64,000 nucleotides of DNA from an uncultured Candidatus Binatia bacterium. Lineage in GTDB: Bacteria; Desulfobacterota; Binatia; Bin18. The stretch covers positions 64,001 through 128,000 of the forward strand of contig OZ241744.1 in the NCBI GenBank assembly GCA_965200965.1, written 5' to 3'. Below are positions 18,978-27,772 of the stretch, piece after piece. Under the pieces are notes generated by a model. The model saw nothing but the letters and a program-made list of their open reading frames with translations, made no database searches and was not told the DNA's origin. The translations under genes were made by a program, and so were the position numbers. Each line of letters opens with the position of its first letter. Within the stretch, counting starts at the first letter, position 1.

Positions 18978-19097
18978 CTGATGCCGACCCGCTGTCAACC
19001 CCCCCGTGGGGAAGCGGCAGGGGGGTGTCGGATGACGCTGTGCTACCCCGACCTGCGCGACTGGCTTGTGGCCCGCAACCGGCGGTGGCTGAGCCGG
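18978..19097. repeat. Inter-cassette spacer repeat (minus-strand TTGACA, GC hairpin, REP-like palindrome, DCC 3' copy); second copy at 19990-20132
   Basis: ctgatgc..accc.(c/t)tgtcaacccc..gtggg.aagcggcagggg is shared. Palindrome gcgtatcggatca/tgatccgatacgc at 20034-20067 has a degenerate counterpart at 19026-19057. Confidence 0.85.
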
Positions 19098-19139
19098 TTC
19101 GTAGCGGGGGCAGGAGAGCGGGGCGGGTGAGGGCAGGAC

Positions 19140-19712
19140 TTACTTTGCTTTTTCCAAATCGGCGTAGGTCATAATTTTGTGATCTTGAACATCGAAGAAG
19201 TGGGCGAGCCAGCGCTGATAAAAACGAATATGGGCAAACTGACTTCTATCGTAATCCATAGCGCGTAGTAATTCGTTGTGGCACATCATATCAAGGACCC
19301 GATGGACTGGCGGTTCATCCGCCTCGATCCCAAGACGGTGCGCTCGAAACTTGGTGAGGGAGTGCATATCTCTCGGTTTTTCGGCCATTTCCATCTGCTG
19401 CTCAAGTTCGATAAATCGACGACACAAATCATCGTGGAGGCGGGCCGCAGGACCAGTCCCGACAACAAGGTCAATGGTGAAAAAGACAGTCACCAAGGCC
19501 GCGGCCAGGGAAGGGTAAAGCGTGCCCACATCGTTCAGCAGGGTAACGACCGTTGCCGAGCCAAAGATAACACCTAGCGCACTGGTGACTTGGCGGAAGC
19601 GGTCAAAGAACATCCGCCGCCGGGCGTGATAGCGAATGGACCGCCGAACGCCGAAAAGCAGGGCGTGCCACTCAGTATCGGGTTGATTTTGTGTTACGGT
19701 GTGGCCACTCAT
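19140..19712 (-). CDS. Two-TM membrane protein, SLATT-like
   Basis: RRSIRYHARRRMFFDRF, two TM helices, then ARLHDDLCRRFIELE; family assignment by recall only. Confidence 0.6.
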   Translation of the reverse strand: MSGHTVTQNQPDTEWHALLFGVRRSIRYHARRRMFFDRFRQVTSALGVIFGSATVVTLLNDVGTLYPSLAAALVTVFFTIDLVVGTGPAARLHDDLCRRFIELEQQMEMAEKPRDMHSLTKFRAHRLGIEADEPPVHRVLDMMCHNELLRAMDYDRSQFAHIRFYQRWLAHFFDVQDHKIMTYADLEKAK

Positions 19713-19754
19713 GACACTCTTCCCACATGTAGGATTGAAAAATTGACTTCCTGG

Positions 19755-19946
19755 TTAGTTGCTGTCGTCACCGTCGTCTTTCGGGGGTGGAGGTGGGAGG
19801 GTATCGCGTATTGTTTCTGTACGAGGCTTGTTGCTGTGACGAAATTCCTCGTCAATTCTTTCTCTGGGGCGGTCCTCGAGGGTTTTCTCTTTTTCTGCCT
19901 CTCTTTCTTTGAGGCGGTCCTCGAGGGTTTTCTCTTTTTCTGCCAT
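19755..19946 (-). CDS. Small charged Pro-tailed protein with a duplicated AEKEKTLEDR
   Basis: AAGGA RBS; internal direct repeat; ends LPPPPPKDDGDDSN. Confidence 0.55.
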   Translation of the reverse strand: MAEKEKTLEDRLKEREAEKEKTLEDRPRERIDEEFRHSNKPRTETIRDTLPPPPPKDDGDDSN

Positions 19947-20140
19947 TCGCTTTTCCTTTCTACGGGTTATCTTGAGCATATCTTACTCGCTGATGCAAAC
20001 CCGTTGTCAACCCCTGTGGGAAAGCGGCAGGGGGCGTATCGGATCAGCGTAGCGTGATCCGATACGCACGACTAGCCTGTCTGGCCGGGAGGCCGGCTAT
20101 TGGCTTGTGGCCCGCAACCGGAGGTGGCTGAGGGCAAAAG

Positions 20141-20575
20141 CTAGCCCCGCCAATGCCGGACGCCGTAGCCGGCCCCAAAGCCGCCAGCAAAAGCAGCAAG
20201 CACTTGGACAATCTGTTTATAGAGTTCTTTGTCAGCCGGTGCCAAGTAGAATGTCAACAGGCCGAACGAGAGAAGCACAATCAGGATGTAGACCAGCCTG
20301 TAGCGCCGGTCGGCCTTGGAGTACTCGAATGATCGCTCATCGTTCCTGCCGTCGTTCTCGATGAGTGTAGTGATATGGTCTTCGGTGAGCTTTTCGAGTA
20401 CGGGATTACGGGCGGGACCAATTGTTCCTGCAATAACTTGCTCAAATTGCTCTTCTATGACCTGTCGAGAAGCTGGGACAGAAGCCTCTTCTTGTCCGGG
20501 AGATTCTTGCTGCTCGCCCTCTGGGGTTGGTTTCGTGAGCGAACTATCAGGGCTGTCCGTGGGCTTGTCAGCCAC
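20141..20575 (-). CDS. Hypothetical membrane protein (DUF2335-like layout)
   Basis: Acidic disordered N-terminus, two C-terminal TM helices ending GGFGAGYG. Confidence 0.6.
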   Translation of the reverse strand: MADKPTDSPDSSLTKPTPEGEQQESPGQEEASVPASRQVIEEQFEQVIAGTIGPARNPVLEKLTEDHITTLIENDGRNDERSFEYSKADRRYRLVYILIVLLSFGLLTFYLAPADKELYKQIVQVLAAFAGGFGAGYGVRHWRG

Positions 20576-20639
20576 CGCTGGGCGTCCTTAAGAGGCGTGA
20601 CCGTGTCGCCTTCCCATCAGCCAGATAACCATTCACGCC

Positions 20640-20939
20640 TCAGTGTGACGGCGAGAGGGAGCGGGCGAGGCGTTCGGGGGAGAGAGCTTTTTCCAAGGGT
20701 CGCATGATCTGGCGTTCGACGGCCTGCTCGATATATGCGCTACACGCCAGCCCCACAAGCCGCTGATATTGTTCGTGGGATATCTCCCCGCTGTCGCGGA
20801 ACTTGGTCATTTTCCGGAGAAAAACCCCGACATCTCTTGTGCTCAGTGAGCGGGGTTGGGGTGACTGTTCCGCTCCGGTACGCGGCAGGCGGTACGGCCG
20901 TAGGCGGGGAGCGTATGGCTTTATGGCAGTCTGTTTCAT
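20640..20939 (-). CDS. Hypothetical 99-aa protein, paralog of 17653-17949
   Basis: DNA at 20582-20941 is near-identical to 17594-17951. Confidence 0.6.
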   Translation of the reverse strand: MKQTAIKPYAPRLRPYRLPRTGAEQSPQPRSLSTRDVGVFLRKMTKFRDSGEISHEQYQRLVGLACSAYIEQAVERQIMRPLEKALSPERLARSLSPSH

Positions 20940-20947
20940 GGGTGTCC

Positions 20948-21223
20948 TCAGGCTGTGCGCGGCGCGGTGCGGCTGATCACGCGGCTCTCACGTTCCTGAA
21001 ACCGTGTGCGTAAATCCCGGCGCAGGCCGTAGAGCGGAATGCCGCCCGGGGTGAGGGGCGACCGGATAAACAGGTCCTGATGTGCCTGGATGTAGGTCTG
21101 GACTTGCTCCGGGGAGAGGCCGGTCTGTCTGGCGATGCCCCCCGGAGTGCGCCACAGGGAGCGGGGGCCACAAAAGGCATTCACCAGCTTCGCCCCAATG
21201 GGATCAGTAAACAGTTCATTCAT
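20948..21223 (-). CDS. Hypothetical small protein, HTH-like
   Basis: AGGAGG RBS; WRTPGGIARQTGLSPEQVQTYI resembles a helix-turn-helix. Confidence 0.55.
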   Translation of the reverse strand: MNELFTDPIGAKLVNAFCGPRSLWRTPGGIARQTGLSPEQVQTYIQAHQDLFIRSPLTPGGIPLYGLRRDLRTRFQERESRVISRTAPRTA

Positions 21224-21567
21224 GGTGACTCCTCCTGTTGAGAAAGGCACTCGGGTTTAACCCGCGTGGTGATGATGTCCGCGAGCGCATCCTGAAACCC
21301 GTCGCTGTTGATAAACTCCTTGAGAGGCGTCACGTCTTCGTACAGATTGCGGGGCCGCCAAACCGTAATCCCTGCAACGACGAGGATCACGATCAGGAAC
21401 ACGATTATCATCAGTACAACTACATAAAATTGGTGGTCCGCACTGAGTTGAGAATTGATGACGACTAAGCCGATAATGCCTTCAATAACCAGCAAGCCCA
21501 CGGTGAAAAAGATCAGTGGATTGCGGACCTGAGTGAGCAACTTGGCTGGATTCTGTCCCACCGTCAT
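21220..21567 (-). CDS. Hypothetical two-TM membrane protein
   Basis: RNPLIFF, two hydrophobic helices, WRPRNLY; coupled to the next gene. Confidence 0.6.
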   Translation of the reverse strand: MTVGQNPAKLLTQVRNPLIFFTVGLLVIEGIIGLVVINSQLSADHQFYVVVLMIIVFLIVILVVAGITVWRPRNLYEDVTPLKEFINSDGFQDALADIITTRVKPECLSQQEESP

Positions 21568-21778
21568 TTACGGTTGTCCCGTCGGTCAATCTCGCGTTGT
21601 CTCCCCCTTTGTCCCGTTCATTCTACTCCCCCCGCGTCGCAGGGTCAGCAGTTTTCCCCATGAAATATTCTTATCGGCTAGCATCAGCGCGTCTTATCAA
21701 AGCGGGCACTACGGGGAATGCGGGGACTTGGGGGAGGGGCGAAGGTCAGGGGAATCCCGGAATCATATGAGTCGGGGT

Positions 21779-24667
21779 TCAGACCCGGCCTTTGCCACCA
21801 TGTACGGAGGGTTCGGCGCACCATTTGGCGGCCAAGCGACGCACGGCCTTCCAGGTGGCTTCGGTGAAGCCGAGCAGGTCGCGGACGACACCGCGGTCGA
21901 GCCGGGCGCGGTTGGGGTCGGCCGCGGCCAAGTGGGCCGGCAGCAATACTGTGGTGCGGAACTCGTCGAAGATGGCCCGGGCGGTAGCAAGCTGGGCGGG
22001 GCTGAGGGCGCGGAAGTCAAGGACAGGCAGGGTTTCGGCGGAGCGGATGGTGAGCCGGGCCTTGCTGGATTGCTGGCGGCTCGAGTGCCACCAGTACGAT
22101 AGGAGGCCCAGGGTGCTGTTGCTCCACACGGCGAAGGCGTAATCGAATGTTCCATCGTCAAAAATGACGTTGGGCCACACCGTCCCGCCTATTGATGCGT
22201 GATCGGTGAAGGCGACTGCGAGGGGTTGAGAGCCAAATGTGTACTCCAGGTTAAGATGAACGCGGCTGGCGGTTGCCCATACCTCGGCGGCTTTGGTTTC
22301 CATGCCTATCCGAACCTGCAAGGCCGAGTCAGGGGCGCACACCATCCGCGTTTCTTTTTTGGCAGCGTGGTTCCACAGGGCGGGGTAGGTGGCGGTCGGG
22401 CTGGCCGCGGCCTTGGTGAACGGCCCACGCGGGGGCGGGCCGATGATGTCACGATGGACGAGGCCGAGCCTGCCTACCACGCCTAGGGGAGCGGTTTTCA
22501 GCTCAAGGGCGGCGGTGGCCGGCAGCCACAGTTGGGAGCGGGTCAGGGCGTAGGCGGTTTGGGCCAGGGCAGCATCCAGCAGCCGGACTGTGCCCCACGG
22601 TGCGCCGTTGGTGGGGCACGGGGCGGTCAGCGTCTCGCCGGCCAGTTCATCCCCGACGGTCAGGCGTGTGCCGCCGTAGGGGCCGTCTTCAATGTGCCGG
22701 ATGTTGTCGGCCGTGGCGATGCTTCTGGCCAGTTCGGCGGCCTGGGCAAAGCCCTGCGGGCGGTGGGTCAAGGAGACGAAACGGGCCGCCTGTAGGGCGT
22801 CGTCCGACTTGGCGTCACGGCGTTTGCGGGCAATGACCAGGCATTCGGCCATGCCCGTGTCTGAGGAGAAGGACATCTCCATGCCGGAGGCGGCAATGCT
22901 CAACACGGTCAGGTCTGTATATTTTTGGGCGAGCATATGCCGGAAGCCCTGCCAGGACAGGCCGGCGGCCGCGGACAGGGGCAGGACCAGGGCCAGCACG
23001 CCGCCGGGCTTGAGCTTGGCGTGGGCCAAGCCGGCAAAGGCCGAGGCAATGCCTGCGTTGCCGTGATAGCAACTGTGCTTGCCAAAGGTGTTGATGCGGG
23101 CTCCCATCGCGGTCTGGTCGGCCCGCGTGGCGTCAAACGCGGCAAAAGCCGGGTTGGTCACGTCGGCGTGTGCGCCCTCGTGGTTGGTGGCGCGGGTGAA
23201 AGGCGGGTTCATAATCACCAAGTCAAAACCCTCGTCTGGAATATCGGCCAGAATGTGGGTGGCGGTTTCTTCGCCAAGGCTGCCGGTGCGCTTGGCCGGA
23301 TCGCTGGTGTTGAGGAGTACCAATTGCCGGGTGGAGTGCAGCAGTTCCAGTGAGCCGATCTTCACGCTGGCGTCTGGCTGGCGGCCGTAGGCCAGGGTGT
23401 AGAGGCGCGAGCTGCCAAAGCTGGCTTGGGGCTGGACGCCGGACAGGGTGGAGCCGGTGATGTGGATGGCTGAGGGCATCACGTCGCAGCCGTACAGGAC
23501 TTCTTCCATCATGACCGGATGGAGGTCGGCCGGGTTGCCGCCGGTGCGCTCGTGGCGGCTGGCGATCTGCTCGTAGACCGCGGACAGCAGCGCGCCGGTG
23601 CCGCAGGCAAAGTCGGCGATGCGCAGCCGGCCAATGGCCGCGGGGTCGGCCCAGTCCAGGCCGCGGAGCTTGGCCACAGCCAAGCGGGCCAGCAGGGCCG
23701 CGGAGGCCGGCAGGGTGTAGAAGGTGGCCAGGTATTTGCGGTCGGCAATCAGACGCTGGAAGATGCGCCCGGTCAGGTCATGGGCGTTGGTGGCACCGGT
23801 GGAGGCGACGCCTTCGGCGGTGTGTCGCAGGGCGTGCAGGAGGGGGGCGGCGGTGGCCGGTGGCAGTTGGGCCACGATATCGCGGGCAATCGCAAAGATG
23901 GGCCAGTAGTTGATGTCCAGGATGGCGGTCCAGGCGGTCAGGATTTCATCCTGGGGGTTGGTGACAGCTTGGCCACAGACGAGGTGCAGGGGCTTGACCT
24001 CGGGGTACATACCGGCCAGCCGCTCGTGGAAGATCAGGGCGTTGGCAAGAATGGCGCAGGCCATGCGGCGGGTCTGGGCCACATCGGCCATGCCCAGCAG
24101 CCGGGCGATATGGGGGGCAATGGCCGGGCGTTGCTCGGCCATGTCGTGCAGGATGCTCACGCCGGCGTCAATGCCGTCCTCGAGGGCGCTGGCCGCGGCG
24201 TCTACGGCGTGCTGGGGGATGGACACGAGGCGGATCAGGTCGGCCAGATCGGCAACTGAGCCGGTCAGCCAGCCGGCGGCGGGAAAGCGCTGTGTATCCT
24301 GCTTATTCTGGCTGAAGACGCACCAGGACAGCGTGGCCCCGGCTATGGCCGCTTGCAGATCGTCGGCGGAAGCCAGGGTTTGCGGGTAGCGCAGGGCGAT
24401 AGCGGCCTCAATGGGGGTGGATTCGTGCACGACCGGCAAACCGAGACGGCTCGCAGCCTCGGCCTCGACGCTGCGGGCCGGGAAGTATTCGGCTTCAAGT
24501 GCGACCGGGGCGCGGTCCGGGGCGGTGATGGCGATGTCGAGTTGCAGCCCGGCATGGCCGGCGACAAGCCGGGTGTGCTCGGCCCGGACCTGGCAGCCGG
24601 ACATCATGCCGTTCAGCAGCCCGGCCAGGGCGGTGTTGGCGCTTGGTTCGGTCTGGTGGCCGCTCAT
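21779..24667 (-). CDS. Type IIG-like restriction-modification enzyme (N6-adenine methyltransferase with putative N-terminal nuclease)
   Basis: Motif I ADFACGTGALL, motif IV IMNPPF, TFYTLP; N-terminal LDIAI...LEAE resembles a PD-(D/E)xK site. Confidence 0.8.
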   Translation of the reverse strand: MSGHQTEPSANTALAGLLNGMMSGCQVRAEHTRLVAGHAGLQLDIAITAPDRAPVALEAEYFPARSVEAEAASRLGLPVVHESTPIEAAIALRYPQTLASADDLQAAIAGATLSWCVFSQNKQDTQRFPAAGWLTGSVADLADLIRLVSIPQHAVDAAASALEDGIDAGVSILHDMAEQRPAIAPHIARLLGMADVAQTRRMACAILANALIFHERLAGMYPEVKPLHLVCGQAVTNPQDEILTAWTAILDINYWPIFAIARDIVAQLPPATAAPLLHALRHTAEGVASTGATNAHDLTGRIFQRLIADRKYLATFYTLPASAALLARLAVAKLRGLDWADPAAIGRLRIADFACGTGALLSAVYEQIASRHERTGGNPADLHPVMMEEVLYGCDVMPSAIHITGSTLSGVQPQASFGSSRLYTLAYGRQPDASVKIGSLELLHSTRQLVLLNTSDPAKRTGSLGEETATHILADIPDEGFDLVIMNPPFTRATNHEGAHADVTNPAFAAFDATRADQTAMGARINTFGKHSCYHGNAGIASAFAGLAHAKLKPGGVLALVLPLSAAAGLSWQGFRHMLAQKYTDLTVLSIAASGMEMSFSSDTGMAECLVIARKRRDAKSDDALQAARFVSLTHRPQGFAQAAELARSIATADNIRHIEDGPYGGTRLTVGDELAGETLTAPCPTNGAPWGTVRLLDAALAQTAYALTRSQLWLPATAALELKTAPLGVVGRLGLVHRDIIGPPPRGPFTKAAASPTATYPALWNHAAKKETRMVCAPDSALQVRIGMETKAAEVWATASRVHLNLEYTFGSQPLAVAFTDHASIGGTVWPNVIFDDGTFDYAFAVWSNSTLGLLSYWWHSSRQQSSKARLTIRSAETLPVLDFRALSPAQLATARAIFDEFRTTVLLPAHLAAADPNRARLDRGVVRDLLGFTEATWKAVRRLAAKWCAEPSVHGGKGRV

Positions 24668-24683
24668 GCGTTCTTCCTCCTGC

Positions 24684-25136
24684 CTAGACCTGGCCCAACT
24701 GGCGCAGGGCCTCGTATAGCACGATGGCCGCGGCGTTGGACAGGTTCAGGCTGCGGACGTGTTGGCCCGGCATGGGGATGGTGTACAGGGACTCGGCTAA
24801 CTCGGCCCGGATAGAGGCTGGCAGGCCGCGCGTTTCACTGCCAAACACCAGCAGATCGTCGGGCCGATAGCAGACCTGGGTGTAGGACTCAGTGGCCCGG
24901 GCCGAGAAGGCCAGCAGCCGCCCGACGGGCCGCCGGCGGAGAAATTCGCCCCAATCCGCATAGGTCTGCACAGCGACATGCGGCCAGTAGTCCAGGCCGG
25001 CCCGCTTGAGATAGCGGTCTTCAAGGGAGAAGCCGAGGGGACCGACGAGGTGAAAGGCGGTGTGTGTGGCCGCGCACAGCCGGGCGGTGGTGCCGCTGTT
25101 GGGCGGAATCTCGGGCGCAACAAAGACGATGTGCAT
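24684..25136 (-). CDS. trmL: tRNA (cytidine/uridine-34-2'-O)-methyltransferase, SpoU family
   Basis: PEIPPNSG, LKRAGLDYW, FGSETRGLP, RSLNLSN. Confidence 0.92.
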   Translation of the reverse strand: MHIVFVAPEIPPNSGTTARLCAATHTAFHLVGPLGFSLEDRYLKRAGLDYWPHVAVQTYADWGEFLRRRPVGRLLAFSARATESYTQVCYRPDDLLVFGSETRGLPASIRAELAESLYTIPMPGQHVRSLNLSNAAAIVLYEALRQLGQV

Positions 25137-25140
25137 GGGG

Positions 25141-25620
25141 TCAGGACTGAGGATCGGCCACGGAGATGGGGTAGGCGGTGTCGTTGAGGCGCAGGACAAA
25201 CGCCCCGGTCTCAGGCTCTTCGTCAATATAGGCGGCCAGTTGATAGTAGGCCGGGCGGGAGAAACGGGCCAGGTGGGCGTGTCCTTTGACCCGGCAGTAC
25301 ACGACATTGTCCGGTCCGATGTGCAGCGTGTCAGGGCTGAGGGCTTCTTCGCTGGTGTCGTTCAAGCGGACCCTGAGACCCCGGTCACGGTCGCCGCCCA
25401 GCGCGGTCACAAGGTAGGGCGCGTCGTCGATCTCAACCGTGGCCGTGTCCCGACCCAGCACAATCTGGTAGCGGCCGTCTTCAGTCCGCCGCAGATGTTG
25501 GCTGAACAGCAGGTTGATGCGCCGGTTTTCGATCCGCTCGTCATTGGCGTACCACCAGCCGTCTTTCCCAAAGCTGATCGTGCGGATGGAGTCAATCGCC
25601 CAGAATCCTGCTTTTGGCAT
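25141..25620 (-). CDS. DUF1285-like protein
   Basis: DGWWYANDERI, VEIDDAPY, YCRVK..ARFSRPAYYQL. Confidence 0.7.
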   Translation of the reverse strand: MPKAGFWAIDSIRTISFGKDGWWYANDERIENRRINLLFSQHLRRTEDGRYQIVLGRDTATVEIDDAPYLVTALGGDRDRGLRVRLNDTSEEALSPDTLHIGPDNVVYCRVKGHAHLARFSRPAYYQLAAYIDEEPETGAFVLRLNDTAYPISVADPQS

Positions 25621-25644
25621 ACGCCTTCGTCTCCCGCGCGTCGG

Positions 25645-26103
25645 TTATCTGGCCCGCGACTCGTTCACGTTGTCCAGGATGATCGTCACTGGCCCGTCGT
25701 TCACTACCTCGACGGCCATATCGGCCTGGAAGCGGCCGGTGGCCACCCGGATGTTGTGGCTCCTGGTCCGCTCTACAAAATACGCGTACAACGGGCGGGC
25801 CAGCTCGGGGCCGGCCGCGGCACTGAACGACGGCCGCCGGCCCTTGCGGCAATCGGCGTACAGGGTGAACTGTGACACGATGAGCAACTCGCCCCCAAGG
25901 TCACGCAGGGAACGGTTGAATGTGCCGGTCTGGTCCGAAAAGATGCGCAGCCCGATAATTTTATTGCTGAGATAGTCGGCCTGCGCCCGGGTGTCGTCGG
26001 CCCGAATGCCGAGCAGGACGACCAAGCCATGCCCAATCTGGCCGATGCACTCCCCGTCTACCGAAACCTGGGCGTGGCTCACCCGCTGAATGACTGCTCG
26101 CAT
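25645..26103 (-). CDS. dtd: D-aminoacyl-tRNA deacylase
   Basis: MRAVIQRV, SQFTL, NDGPVT. Confidence 0.95.
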   Translation of the reverse strand: MRAVIQRVSHAQVSVDGECIGQIGHGLVVLLGIRADDTRAQADYLSNKIIGLRIFSDQTGTFNRSLRDLGGELLIVSQFTLYADCRKGRRPSFSAAAGPELARPLYAYFVERTRSHNIRVATGRFQADMAVEVVNDGPVTIILDNVNESRAR

Positions 26104-26238
26104 CTGCCTGTAGTGTTAGCCGACTCCCGGCCAGCAGACAAGCGCGCCCGCCTGGTATCGCCGAGGACGGAATGTGTCATCAGATCAACAGGAAGGCGAC
26201 ATGTTCCATCCTTCCGGTCTGTCGGCTATGATTCGAAT

Positions 26239-27006
26239 ATGCATCCGGTTCTCCTCAGCCTCGGACCCGTAACCATTTACAGCTATGGGGTAATGATGGC
26301 GTTCGGCTTTGTGGCCGCCGGCTGGGTGATCAGAAAGGAGTTGCAAGGCCAGGGCCGAGAGCCAGACCTGGCGGCCAGCTTGGTGCTGTGGGCGGCCGTG
26401 GGCGGCCTGGTCGGTGCCCGCCTGCTGTTTATTCTCGATACTTGGCCGGCGTTTGTGGCCGATCCCTTGGCGTTGATCCTGACCGGGGCCGGCTTTATCT
26501 GGTACGGCGGTCTGCTGGGCGGGATTGCCGGGGTGAGCCTGTGTATTCGGCGCTATCGGCTGCCCTGGCTGCGGACAATGGATATCGTCGCGCCGGCCAT
26601 TGCGCTCGGCCACGGCATTGGCCGGATTGGCTGCCATCTGGCCGGTGACGGCGACTGGGGACCGCCGACCGATTTGCCCTGGGGCGTGGTGTATAGTCAG
26701 GCGGTTGTCGGCTGGCCGTACCCGCCGGGGGTGGCCGTCCACCCCACACCGCTGTACGAATGGGCCGCCTATTCCCTCATCTTTGTCTTTTTGTGGCACC
26801 GCCGGACCACCGCCCATCGGCCCGGTGCCCTGTTTTGGGGCTATCTGGTGCTGGCCGGGCTGGCGCGTTTTGGGCTGGAGTTTGTCCGTATCAATCCAGG
26901 CGTACTGTTGGGGCTGTCTCTGGCCCAGGTGATGAGCATTCCCCTGGTCGCCTGTGGGGCGTGTATGCTGCTCAGACCTGCCGGGGCCGAGGAGAAGGCC
27001 AGGTGA
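26239..27006 (+). CDS. lgt: Prolipoprotein diacylglyceryl transferase
   Basis: MHPVL...YSYG, GRIGC, HPTPLYE, RFGLEFVR. Confidence 0.92.
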   Translation: MHPVLLSLGPVTIYSYGVMMAFGFVAAGWVIRKELQGQGREPDLAASLVLWAAVGGLVGARLLFILDTWPAFVADPLALILTGAGFIWYGGLLGGIAGVSLCIRRYRLPWLRTMDIVAPAIALGHGIGRIGCHLAGDGDWGPPTDLPWGVVYSQAVVGWPYPPGVAVHPTPLYEWAAYSLIFVFLWHRRTTAHRPGALFWGYLVLAGLARFGLEFVRINPGVLLGLSLAQVMSIPLVACGACMLLRPAGAEEKAR

Positions 27007-27584
27007 GAAAGTGGGGTGTCCTTGGTCTGGTCGTACTGGGGTGTGGGTTTGTCCTGCTCACCCTCCTTCCCGCTGGGCCGAGCCTGCCAAAAGCCGCCGA
27101 GGATTTTGTGTTGCCCGACATCCACGGGCAGGTCGTGCGGCTGTCGCAGTTGAAGGGCAAGGTGGTTTTTCTCAATGTGTGGACGACCTGGTGTCCGCCG
27201 TGTCGCCAGGAGATGCCGACCATGCAGACCCTCTACCGCCAGCTCCAGGGCGAAGACTTTACGGTGCTGGCCGTCAGCCAGGACGTGGATGGTCACAAGA
27301 CCGTGGTGTCGTATCTGAGTGAAGGCGGCTATACCTTCCCGGTTTTGTTAGATGTGCGTGGGGAAGTTGGCAGGAAATACGGGGTGAGCGGCTATCCAGA
27401 GACCTTTCTGATTGATCGCCAAGGCATGATTGTGCATCACCATATCGGCTACAACAACTGGGCCAGTCCCGAGTCTGTCGCCGCGGTCCGGGGGCTGATT
27501 CAGCACGGGGTGTGGACACCGCCGCCGGGTGCGGACACGCCCGGCGAACAGTTGCCGCTGCGGCCCTCGCGGCCTGAGCGTTGA
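27003..27584 (+). CDS. TlpA/ResA-family thiol-disulfide reductase
   Basis: N-terminal TM helix, WTTWCPPCRQEMP, GYPETFLID. Confidence 0.9.
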   Translation: MRKWGVLGLVVLGCGFVLLTLLPAGPSLPKAAEDFVLPDIHGQVVRLSQLKGKVVFLNVWTTWCPPCRQEMPTMQTLYRQLQGEDFTVLAVSQDVDGHKTVVSYLSEGGYTFPVLLDVRGEVGRKYGVSGYPETFLIDRQGMIVHHHIGYNNWASPESVAAVRGLIQHGVWTPPPGADTPGEQLPLRPSRPER

Positions 27585-27772
27585 GACCTGCGTCGTGCGG
27601 TGTGGGTCAGGCCCGACCCGCGAATAACCCTATACCGGCCTCGGGTGAGTATGCTATGGTCACGGCTCTCGGCCTGTGACAGCGGAAGCTGCTGGAAAGA
27701 AGGACGGATTGCGTCGCCTTCCCCTCGTTCTGTTGACGCGAGCCGTCCTCATGGACTGTGAAAGGGGCACAC

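Noticed and set aside
20034-20067. Palindrome as an integron attC site
   Set aside because: No RYYYAAC/GTTRRRY core sites and no integron integrase; it fits a REP-like palindrome better.
17507-20132. Three ~40-bp direct repeats read as a CRISPR array
   Set aside because: Spacers are 1-1.5 kb and contain genes, the repeat is coding sequence of the DCC gene, and no cas genes are present.
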